A DNA stretch of 64,000 nucleotides, taken from the NCBI GenBank assembly GCA_013416795.1, contig RQSC01000014.1, positions 514,339 to 578,338 of the forward strand. Direction: 5' to 3'. The translations under genes and the position numbers were made by a program. Below the pieces are notes generated by a model that saw only the letters and a program-made list of their open reading frames with translations, had not been told where the DNA came from and ran no database searches. Below are positions 42,601 through 53,437 of this stretch, piece by piece (within the stretch, counting starts at the first letter, position 1; each line of letters begins with the position of its first letter). This DNA comes from Prasinococcaceae sp. CCMP 1430. Its lineage: Eukaryota > Plantae > Prasinodermophyta.

Positions 42601-45600
42601 TGCCGTCGACTCTCGACGGTCTGGTGGGAGCGCTGCTGGCGGGTCTCGAGCTCGAATTCGGCAGGCCCATCGTGTGCGGTCTCTTCACCGCCCTTCTATG
42701 CGCCGGTGGAGGTGGGCTCACGCATGGACAGCTCGTGCGCATGGCGACTTGCGCTGCCGAGGCCGACGCTGTGCTCAGCGAGGCGGCCCAAGTGGACATT
42801 CCATACGATGACTCGCCGATATGGCACGAGCTCCTCACGCAGTCGCGGCCGCTCATAGCTCGGACGCACGCCAGCTCGGGGCTTTACGCCATAACGCACA
42901 GTGAAGTGGCGCTGGCTGCGTGTGCGCGATACGTGCAATCGGCGGAGCTCGACCGTCGCGTGTGCGGTGAATACGCCGACATCCTTGAGGACGTGCTGCA
43001 CACCGAGGTGTTTCAAGGCACGCCTTCGTCCCAGCTCGATCGCGTGGGCGGAACGGTCACCTCTGAGCTTTGCGCGTACGGCGCCTTCGATGCTGCGCTG
43101 CAGCTTGCACCCACCATGCTGCTGAGGGCTCGCAAGGTGGGCCGTTGCTGGTCACTGGTGACCTCCACGAAGTACATAGAGACCAAGATCCGCTATGGTA
43201 TGATGCACGAACTCAAACGCGACCTGGAGGCGTTGCTGGCGGTGAGTAGCGAGCCCGGCGTGGTCTCTGAGGGGAGCTCGCGCGACACGGCCGGCGAAAC
43301 AACGATGCACATGGCGCCAGTGGACGTGATCGGCATTCGACATCTGCTGCTGCTGCTGCAATGCCGCGGGCAGCACCTGGCGGCCAGTCCGCACCTGCTG
43401 CTGCAGGAAATGCTCAACACGTCCCTTGACCTTGTATTGCACCCGGCAGCGTGGAAGGAGATTCAGGACGGGCGGCCGGAGCGAGCGCGGCAACAATACC
43501 TGGTCGCCGCGCGGCAGGATGCGCACGGGGACGCGCACGTAGGCGCCGACGCCGACGATCAGGGTGAAGCGGGCTCGCGTGATCGCGTCGCGCGCGCGCA
43601 GCGACAAACGGTCGAGGGCGAGCTCATCGTCCAACGGATAAACCCCCGAAAGGAAGGCGAGCTGTGCCTTCACGACATGCGTGGGCACACTGATCGCGTC
43701 CTTGCGTGCGCCTTCAGCCGCGACGGTCTCACGCTGGTGTCATGCGGCGCTGATAAATCTGTGCGCCTCTGGGAAGCGCACAGCGGCAAGGAGCTCTTCC
43801 GGCTCGAGGGCCACGCCCACCACGTGCGCTCGCTCGCGTGGTCGCGCGACGGCCAATGTCTCGCCACGGGGAGCTCGGACGGCTCGGTGGTGCTCTGGGA
43901 TGTTACGCGTCGAGAAAGGTTGCTGCTGATCGAAGCGCACGCGGACGTCGTGCGCTGCCTGGACTTCGCTCCCGCCGGTGGTTTCGTGCTGTCCGGTTCG
44001 AACGACACGACCCTAACCATCTGGGAGGTCCCCACCGCGAGCTCGCTCATGGTGTCCGCAGGCGCTGGCAAGGCGCCGAGCGAGCAGAAGCGCGCGCTGA
44101 TGACCCTCGAGGGCCACATGGGCGCGGTCACTGGCGCGGCGTACGTGTGCGGCGGCACTCGCGTGGCGAGCTGTTCGCTGGACGGCAGCGTGCGGATATG
44201 GAACCCCATCACGCGGCAGCCATTGCACGTGCTGCGCGAGTTCGGTCACTGGGCGACATGCCTCTGCGTGTCGGCCGACGACGCAACGGTGTACGCAGGC
44301 TCGCTGGACGGGACGGTGATGGCATGGTCTGCCGTGACTGGCCGCGTGGTTCGGCGCGTGCGCGTGCCGCGGCTCGAGCCTGTGGTCTCGCTTGCGATCG
44401 GGCCGGGCGGCACGGAGGGCGAGCAGCTGGCGGTCGGCACGCGCGCCGAGCCCGGGCACGGCGGCGCGCCCGCAGTGCTCGTCTGGCGCGCGGGCGCGTG
44501 GGTGGCGCGCTTCGACGGTCACGATGGCCACGATGTGTGCGGCGTCTCTCTGTCACCCGCCGCCCCTGTTGTGGCCAGCGCGGGCTCGGACGGCAGCGTG
44601 CGCGTGTGGGGGTGCTCCACGCAGCTCTGCAGCGAGACGGTTGGACGCGCGTTGCTGCCGAACGATGGGACGCCCGACGCCACCGAGCTCGGCTGCGCGG
44701 AGGACATCGTTGCGGAAGATGTCGGTGCAAGGAGCCCATCGACGAGCATCGCCGGAGCGGACGGCGTGCTCCCGCAGACCACGCACGCGCGTGCGCATGC
44801 GGGCGCGATCAACGCGCTCGCCTTCTGCCGCGGGCGGGAGGGCATGGATCCGCTCCTTGTGTCGTGCGGCGCCGACGGCGAGGCCAAGGTGTGGGACTGC
44901 TCGCGCGAAGGCATGGGCGAGCTGCAAACGGTCTTCGACGGGCACGGCTCGTCGCCCGTGCTGGCTGCGTGTAGCGAGGATGGCGCGGGGGTGGGGCAGT
45001 GCGTCTACACGGCATCGCGCGACGGCGTGGTCCTGCGATGGGACGCCATGCACGGCGCCGAGCGCGCGATGCTCGTGTCGCACGAGTCGCGCGTGCAGGC
45101 GCTCGCCACCGACGCCCAAGGCTCATTGCTCGCCAGCGGCGACGCCAGAGGGCTGCTCAACTTGTGGGAGGTGGCCGGCGGGTCGCTGGTCACGGAGCCG
45201 CTGACTGTGGCAGCCGCGCACGCCGACGGCATCGCGTGCCTCGCCTTTAGCAGCGGCGGCGGCATCGAGGGCGCCACCGGCACGCGCCTGCTCGCGAGCG
45301 GCGCTCTCGACGGCACTGTCCGCCTGTGGGACACGCGCGGCTCGGGCGGCCCGCTCCAGACAGCCGGCAGCCCGCTCAAGGCGACGCCCGTCGTCGATCT
45401 CTGCCCGCACGCGCGCGCCGTGCGCTGCATGGCGTGGGGCGACGTCGCCGGCCGCGAGGTGCTGGCGACCGGCGCGGCCGACGGCTCGCTGTGGCTGTGG
45501 GACGCGCGCGCGCATTCGAAGCCGTTCGCGTCGGTTGGCGCGGGCTACCAGGGCGAGGGCGACCCCATCAAGGGGCTCGCGTTCCTGCGAGACACGAGGT

Positions 45601-45997
45601 GCGCGCCGAGCCCGAACGCGCGGCGGTCTGACGCTCCCGTGCCCCTCTCCCCCCTCCTCCCCCCCCCTGCCCGCCCCGCCCGCGCGCCTCCTCGTCCTCC
45701 CTCGCTCGTTTCCCCTCGATGCCCGACGTCCGAGCCTGACACCACCGGTCCCGCGCCGCGCACGCGCCTGTGCGCGCGCGCTGCAGCGGGTACACGCTCG
45801 CCTCGATCGCTGGCGGGAGGCTGTCGCTGTGGGACCTGCGCCGCTCGGCCGCGCGCGTCGGGCGGCACGACCTCGCGCACTCGGCGCGCGCCACCGCGCT
45901 CGCCGCAGGCCCGCGCTGCATGCTCGCCGTGGCCGACGGGCGCGGGGTCGCCCTGCTGCGCGCGTGCGCGGGCGCCGACGTGTGGAACCTGTCGTGA
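39660..45997 (+). CDS. TEP1-like DUF4062-NACHT-WD40 protein without TROVE; exons 39660-41315, 41484-45598, 45787-45997
   Basis: VYIYVS...AERAVLHSKVLPRL (DUF4062-like); YRRD...YKCVFGG...PYMSGLEDF (TEP1-like); Walker B VVVFDGIDAL; PLFVQL; more than ten WD40 repeats (GHTDRVLACAFS...VRLWE). Confidence 0.82.
41394..41470 (+). repeat. 27-bp intronic minisatellite, about 2.8 copies
   Basis: Units start at 41394, 41421 and 41448 (gcacgctcgctctctt.gcgctcacg.). Confidence 0.9.
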
Positions 45998-47191
45998 GCG
46001 GCGCGACGGCTGCCGCGAGGGGCATTCAAATTCAATGTCTGTACAGTAATTTGTTCGTTGTACGATGCTATCGCGCGCGGCACGCGCGGGGCGCGGCGCC
46101 GCGGGCGGCGGGCCCTCATCTCGCCGGCAAGCCCGCGCCGTTCCCCGACGGGCCGACCGACCCAGGGGCCAGGCCAGTCCAGGGGAGTCCTCCAGGCCGC
46201 CGCGGCGAGCAGCAGCAGCGTGACGAGCGAGGGGTAGGCCAGCCAGGCAAGGCCCGGCCGTGCCAGCCTCAGGCCAGCGAGGCTCGCCAGTACTCTGCCA
46301 CTCCAAACTCCGTAGAGTACCCCCTACATACTCTGCCCTTCACCCAGCCCCCAGCCGACGGCGCCCCTGGCCAGCCCTGCGATGAGGCCGCACACATCGC
46401 CGTCGCCGGCGCTGTCGGTCGGCGCTCGATCGCCGGTGCGCGCCGGCTCGCATCGCATCGCGCGCATTGTAAACCCTACCACTTCCACCCTTATTATCCC
46501 AACCCTGTGCGGCGCGCGCGGCGCCGCGCGGCCCCCGGGGCCCGCGCGCCCCGAAGCGCATTCGTTTTGACCTCGAATAAAATCCGCCATCAAAACGCAC
46601 GCGCTCCGCCGGGCTCGCGCGCGGCCGCGCGAGGGCCACACGCGCGCTTGCCGGGGGGAGGGTCCAAGAAGGGTGTGAGGGACATTCTTTTTGAGGTGCG
46701 TTGTGCGCCGTCGCGCGACAAAACCCCAAACCGCGTCTGGGTTTGGGGACTGAGACGTGCTGTGGCATGACGGTACAGAGCACAGAGTGTGTGACACGAC
46801 GGTACAGCAGCACGTACGTACAGCGTGTGTGTGGTAGTACCGTGCGGGTGCTGCACACCCCTGGCTGGCTAGGGCTGGGGCTGGCAGTCCCCCACCTGCG
46901 CCCCAGACACCAACGCCTCCCATCGATGCCGCATCTCGCATCGCCGTGGCAGCATCGCAGCGTGGCCGGCACGCTCGGTCTCGGTCGGTCGGCCGCCCGA
47001 CCCCAGGCGGGCGGCTGGGTGTGTCCACCAACCCACCCTACCACCCACCCGCCCACCCACCCAGCCAACCACCCCTGCCCGCGCGTGTCCAACTGTCGCG
47101 CGCCCGCTCGGCCACGCGTGCTCGCACGCTCGCCGCGCGTGCGGGTGGCCCACGGCGGCCCGTCGTTGGGCCACGTGCGCCCCCGCGCGCG

Positions 47192-47622
47192 NNNNNNNNN
47201 NNNNNNNNNNNNNNNNNNNNNNNNNNNNNNNNNNNNNNNNNNNNNNNNNNNNNNNNNNNNNNNNNNNNNNNNNNNNNNNNNNNNNNNNNNNNNNNNNNNN
47301 NNNNNNNNNNNNNNNNNNNNNNNNNNNNNNNNNNNNNNNNNNNNNNNNNNNNNNNNNNNNNNNNNNNNNNNNNNNNNNNNNNNNNNNNNNNNNNNNNNNN
47401 NNNNNNNNNNNNNNNNNNNNNNNNNNNNNNNNNNNNNNNNNNNNNNNNNNNNNNNNNNNNNNNNNNNNNNNNNNNNNNNNNNNNNNNNNNNNNNNNNNNN
47501 NNNNNNNNNNNNNNNNNNNNNNNNNNNNNNNNNNNNNNNNNNNNNNNNNNNNNNNNNNNNNNNNNNNNNNNNNNNNNNNNNNNNNNNNNNNNNNNNNNNN
47601 NNNNNNNNNNNNNNNNNNNNNN
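47192..47622. other. Assembly gap (431 N), probably hiding the EF-G 5' end and transit peptide
   Basis: Run of N directly upstream of the EF-G exon fragment. Confidence 0.97.
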
Positions 47623-48132
47623 GCCGCCATGGCGGAGGGAGGTGAGCGGCGCGGCGCGCGCGCGCGCGCGGGCGAGGGGGGGGGTGAGAGAAGGCGGCGG
47701 CCGCCGCGGGGGGCGCGAGAGGCGCGGCGGGGAAGGGGGTAGCCAGGGGTGAAGCTCGGGAGGGCGTGCGCGCGCGCTTGTGTGTGTGTGTGTGTGTGCG
47801 CATGGCAGCTGGCCGCGGCCGGCCAGTGGGCGCACCGGCCTGCGGCGTGCGCCAGCTCTCGCCTGCGTGCCGAGTGCGCCACCCACCCACCCACCCACCC
47901 ACCCATCCCCTCGAGCGCTGTCGACTGACTCCCCTCACCCGCCCGCTCCGTCCCGCGTGCCCCCCCCTCCCCGTCCCGCCCGCGAGCAGACCGTCAGGTG
48001 TCGCTCGACAAGTACCGCAACATCGGCATCATGGCGCACATCGACGCCGGCAAGACGACCACCACCGAGCGCATCCTCTTCTACACGGGCAAGTCGTACA
48101 AGATCGGCGAGGTGCACGAGGGCAACGCCACC

Positions 48133-48164
<32 letters not shown>

Positions 48165-50085
48165 CATCACCATCACGTCGGCCGCCACCACCTGCGCGTG
48201 GAACGACCACCGCATCAACATCATCGACACCCCGGGCCACGTGGACTTCACCCTGGAGGTGGAGCGCGCGCTCAAGGTGCTCGACGGCGCCGTGTGCTGC
48301 CTCGACTCGGTGTCGGGCGTGGAGCCGCAGTCGGAGACCGTGTGGCGCCAGGCGGACAAGTACGGCGTGCCGCGCCTCATCTTCGTCAACAAGATGGACC
48401 GCATGGGCGCCAACTACGACCGCTGCGTGGACATGATCGCCACCAACCTGGGCGCCGTCGCGCTGCCCATCCAGTGCCCCATCGGCTCCGAGGAGAACTT
48501 CGAGGGCATGGTCGACCTCGTCACGATGAAGGAGATCATCTGGACCGGCGAGGAGCTCGGCGCGGCCTTCGAGTACCGCGAGATCCGCGACGAGCTCAAG
48601 GAGAAGTGCGAGGAGATGCGCGCGCACATGGTCGAGCTCGCCGTCGAGCAGGACGAGGAGGCCATGCTCATGTACCTCGAGGGCGAGGAGCCCGACGTGG
48701 AGACGCTGAAGGCGTGCATCCGCAAGGGCTGCCTGGCCAACGACTTCTGCCCGATGCTCTGCGGCACCGCCTTCAAGAACAAGGGCGTGCAGCCGCTGCT
48801 CGACGCGGTCATCGACTACCTGCCCGCGCCCACCGACCTGCCGGCCGTCGAGGGCGTCGCGCCGGGCGAGGACGGCGAGGCCATGACGCGCGACCACTCG
48901 GACGACGCGCCCTTCTCCGGCCTGGCCTTCAAGATCATGAACGACCCCTTCGTGGGCAGCCTCACCTTCGTGCGCATCTACTCGGGCGTGCTCGAGGCGG
49001 GCACGTACGCGTACAACCCGGGCAAGGGCAAGAAGGAGCGCATCGGCCGCCTCCTCGAGATGCACGCCAACGACCGCGAGGACATCAAGACGGCCCGCGC
49101 GGGCGACATCGTGGCCGTGGGCGGCCTGAAGGACGTCACCACCGGCGACACCCTGTGCGTGCAGGACGACCAGATCGTCCTCGAGCGCATGGAGTTCCCC
49201 GACCCCGTGATCAAGGTCGCCATCGAGCCCAAGACCAAGGCGGACCTCGACAAGATGGGCGTGGGCCTGAACAAGCTGGCGGCCGAGGACCCGTCGTTCC
49301 ACTACTCGCGTGACGAGGAGACCAACCAGACGGTCATCGAGGGCATGGGCGAGCTCCACCTGGAGATCATCGTCGACCGCCTCAAGCGCGAGTTCAAGGT
49401 CGAGGCCGAGGTGGGCGCGCCGTCCGTGAACTACCGCGAGTCCATCACGCGCTCGTCCGAGACGCGCTACGTGCACAAGAAGCAGTCGGGCGGCAGCGGC
49501 CAGTTCGGCGACGTGGCGATCCGCTTCGAGCCCGCCGAGCCGGGGACTGGCTTCGAGTTCGTGTCGGAGATCAAGGGTGGCGTGGTGCCCAAGGAGTACA
49601 TCCCGGGCGTCACCAAGGGCCTGGAGGAGATGATGACCTCGGGTGTGGTGGCTGGCTACCCCGTGGTGGACGTGCGCGCCGTGCTGTACGACGGTTCGTT
49701 CCACGACGTTGACTCGTCGGTGCTCGCGTTCCAGATCGCGGCGCGCGGCGCGTTCCGCGAGGGCATGGCCAAGGCTGGCGCGCAGATCCTCGAGCCGATC
49801 ATGTCGGTCGAGATCGTCACGCCGGAGGATCACATGGGTGACGTCATCGGCGACCTCAACTCGCGCCGCGGCATGGTGGGCGAGTTCGGCGACAAGCCGG
49901 GCGGCATGAAGGTCGTCAACGCGGAGGTCCCGCTCGCGGAGATGTTCAACTACGTGTCCAACCTGCGCGGCATGACCAAGGGCCGGGCGTCGTACAGCAT
50001 GAAGCTCGACAAGTACATGCCCGTGCCGCCGAACATCCAGCAGGACCTTGCCGCGGCCAAGAAGGAGGTGGCCATCGACGCGTAA
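47623..50085 (+). CDS. fusA: Plastid elongation factor G (nuclear-encoded), 5'-partial; exons <47623-47641 and 47990-50085
   Basis: [60 protein letters not shown] is plastid-like. Third codon positions are almost all G/C. Intron 47642-47989 joins in phase 1. Confidence 0.96.
47779..47904. repeat. (GT)n and (ACCC)n microsatellites in the EF-G intron
   Basis: (tg)n at about 47779-47798; (accc)n at about 47879-47904. Confidence 0.85.
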
Positions 50086-50259
50086 GCACCTCTGCGGACA
50101 TTTTGCCCAGGGCGGGGCGCGGCGCTGTACAGACCTACGTACGGGTGTACCCTACTTGCGATTTTAAGAACCCTCTAACAATTTATCGAGCCACGCGTGC
50201 GCGCGCTCGTTGCTGTGGGCGCCCTGCGTGGGATGGGAGCACATTCGGAGCATCCACCA

Positions 50260-53106
50260 CTACAGCGCCGCAGCTTCCCCGTCGGCGGCTGGCGCGTCGG
50301 CGGCCGGCTCGTCGGCGGCCGGCGCGTCGGCAGCCGGCTCGTCGTCGTCAGAGCTCGAGCCGACTGTCGTCGCCGCTGCACCGCGCAGCAACGCGCTCGA
50401 GGGCGTCGGCGGCGCGCGCGCGCGCGCCGCCAGCTGCGCGCGCTTGAGCCCCAGGCGCTGCTTGAGCTCGGCAATCTTGCTCGGGCGTGAAGCGGGCATG
50501 TCATCGTCGTCCGAGTCGGAGCGTCTGCGGGCGCCGGCAACGTCGGAGTGAGCACGCGGCGCCCTCACACATGCTTGGCACGTGCGCCGCGCGCGCCAGC
50601 GCGCTGCGCACGCGCGCCGTGCGCTCGCACCTCGCATATAGTCGCCGGCCGCTCGAGGTGGACGGTGCAGCCGCGTACCCGCCAGCGTGGCGCAAAGGGG
50701 AGGAGGAAGCCGAGAAAGTTCCTGCACAGACAGGCCCGCCCGGTACCAACGCGCGCGCGCGTCAGCGATCCGTGCACGGTGGAGAGTCGCGCGTGTGTAC
50801 ATCACACACATACACACAAATGGTCCGCGAAGCGATTGTCACTATTCACGCCCATACGACGTTGCAAGAGCGCGCGTAACGTACCCTGCATCGCAGCGAA
50901 CGCCGGCACATGCGACGTCATCTCGCGCCTTCGTGCGCGTTCCTCGGCTTCTTCGCGCGCCGCGCGCTCAACCGCGAGTTCGGCCCTGAGGCGCGCAAGC
51001 TCATCGACATGCTGCGGCGCATGTGTCGGCCTCTCCGCCCCTCTCGCCATCGCCATGGCTGGCGCAAGTGCTCGCGGTTGCAGGTGCGGCGTGTCACCGG
51101 GGCTCATCAGTGTGCCCTGGCCGACCGGGGGGTTTGTTTCGGCCTCGGCATGAGGAGCGTCGTAGTAGCCGACACGTTGGGTAGGGTGCAACGCGCTGCC
51201 ACCAACCATCGCTGCTTCCGTATGTGGCTGCTCGCTGTGGCGAAAGCGACCCGCGCGCGCGCCACCCACCCCTGCAACCGCTGCTTCCGCCGCCTCGTTT
51301 GCCTCCTGCACCTGCCGCACTGTCGGAGTCTCCGCCACCATCTGTGCGCTTTTGGCATCGTTGATGTGCTCCAAACGCCGCGCGGTGCCCATTTCCAAGG
51401 ACATGGCGTCCAGCTCGTGGTCGATCACATCCAGCCCCGCCGCTGCCGCGTGCCTTCCCGCACGCGCGGCCTCAACCTCACGGCGTGCGCGGCGGTGCGG
51501 TGTGGCCGACGGGGACTGGGCCGACGCCTCAAGCGCCGCCACGTACTCGAGCAGCGCCTCTTTGTCTGCTTGTGCCTCAGCCAGGTCTGCGGCAAGCACA
51601 GCGGCGCCCGCGCTCCGCCCCTTGCTCTGCGCACGTGCATGCAAGCCACGAAGCGACACGCGGGAGAGCCCAACAAACGAACGGCGCGGTGTCAGCAAGG
51701 CGCGGGGGGCGCAGCACGCGCGGCGCTGGCTGGCGCGAAGGGGCGCCCGATCGCACACGGCGAACGTACCTTCCGGCCACTGCCGCCGCCGCCAGGGCTC
51801 CCGCCTGGTCGCTGTGACAGCCCCGCCGCTGCGATCGCATTGCCCACTGCCAGCGCGGAGCCGCCGCCCGCGCCGCCGCCAACTGTTGCCCCACCGGACC
51901 TGCCCGGCGAGCGCTGCACCGACCTCAGCGCGGCGCTCGCCCCCCCTGCGGCGCCCTCGAGCACCTCGATCGCCCTGTGAAGCCGCTCGCGTTCCGCTTC
52001 TGAGGCGTCCAGCCGGCGCTCGAGGGTCTCCACGTCGCGTTTCGATTCGCGCAGCTGCTCCTTGAGCGCACTCACGCGCGCGCGCTGCTGCGAGGGCGCC
52101 GCACCGGTGAGCAACTTGCCTTCGAGCTTGGAGATGTACTCCGCCAGCTCGCGGTTGCGCCCCTCGGAAGCCGCCAGCGCGTCTGTCGACATGGCGCGCG
52201 CACAGCGGGGGCGCGGAGGGGCGCGCGTCAGCGGACGACTCTGGGCGAATGCGCCCGCACAGGCGCGTGCCCCGGTGGCGGCAGCAGCCCCCCAAGGCGC
52301 GTGCTTGGCCGCCACATCCCGCGCGCTACGCCCTCGGGTGCGCTCAATGTTGTGATTAGCTTTGTTGCGCCGCACGTCTTCGCATCGGCGGTTTATCAGG
52401 CCGCCTCAGAACCCCTGTGTGCGTGTGGTCGTCATAGGGCATGCGCTCGCATGCTCGCATGCGTCGCGCGTCGTGCGCGGGCGCGGCGCGGCCGCACGCG
52501 CGCGCGCCCCCGCCCCGAGTGTGCGCACCTTGTAGGTGCTCCATCTGCGCTCGCATCGCCGACGCCTCCCTTTGCCGTCGCTCCGAGGCGCGCTGCGCCT
52601 CGAGCTTCTCCTGGCGGCAGTGGCTTTCCCTGCGCTCGGCCTCGGCGAGCCGGCGCGTGGCCTTGCGCAGCGAGCCCTCGGCCTCGAGCGTCGCCTGTTT
52701 GTGCCCCGCGATCACCGAGATGACGTGGCTCGGCACGCCTCGCATGTCGAGCCGCCTGTGCGCCAAGGCGGACGCCGCGCTCGCCGGCCCTCCCCCGCCG
52801 CCCCCGGCATCACCTGCGCCGCCGCCGCCTCCCCTGGCCGCCTGCGTGGTATGCGCCGCGAGCGCCGCCTCCGCCGCTTCAGCCGCCGCCGCCGCCTCGT
52901 CGAGCAGCTGCGTGCGCTCCTCGAGCTGCGCCGCCTGCGCCTTTACACGCTGCGCGAGCTGCGCCGAGAACGCACGCTCTGCCTCGAGCTCGGCCGCGAG
53001 GTCCGCGGCGCCCGCGTCGCCCTCGGCGCCCGCTGGGGGGGGCGGGCGGGAGCGCGCGCCCGCCCACGCGCACTGTCTCAATCCGCGCCCTGCCACCCCT
53101 CGGCAT
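50260..53106 (-). CDS. Multi-exon coiled-coil protein of unknown function; exon structure only partly resolved
   Basis: Helical segments LAAELEAERAFSAQLAQRV, LKEQLRESKRDVETLERRL, LAEAQADKEALLEYV and KIAELKQRLGL lie in different frames separated by GT donors and CTGAC-containing stretches. ATG 53106 needs a 1-nt correction in the G8 run at 53035-53042. May be more than one gene. Confidence 0.55.
50281..50340 (-). repeat. 30-bp coding tandem repeat x2 (EPAADAPAAD)
   Basis: gtcggcggc[tc]ggcgcgtcggc[ga]gccggctc twice, with internal 15-bp subunits. Confidence 0.85.
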
Positions 53107-53437
53107 GAGGGGGGGGGGGGGGGCTCAGGTCAAAACCGCGGTTCGCGCATTCTGAAATCGCTTCCGCGTTTTCGATTCGTACGGGGCCTTGGTATCAGAG
53201 CAAGATCCAAGATCCAGCCGACCTCCCAGATGACCTGAAATGACTTGGGGGGGTTACTTCACGCATACCACGTAGTCGCCCGTGGTGTAGTTTGCCCAGG
53301 ATATGTGAATTATGATTGCGTGGAGCGCGCGCGCGGCGCGCGGCGCTGCGCCGCCGACGCGCGAGGGCTGCCGCGCTGCTGGCACCCCTGCGCGCTCGCG
53401 CGCGCGCTCGTGCGCGGCCCTCGGCCCGCGCGCAGCG

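Noticed and set aside
21787-45997. RIF1 and TEP1-like as a telomere gene cluster
   Set aside because: They are about 13 kb apart with seven unrelated genes between, and neither protein is telomere-specific.
46324-46326. Stop-codon readthrough or recoding of the in-frame TAG
   Set aside because: TAG serves as a normal stop in several genes here, and there is no homology showing that the flanking frame is coding.
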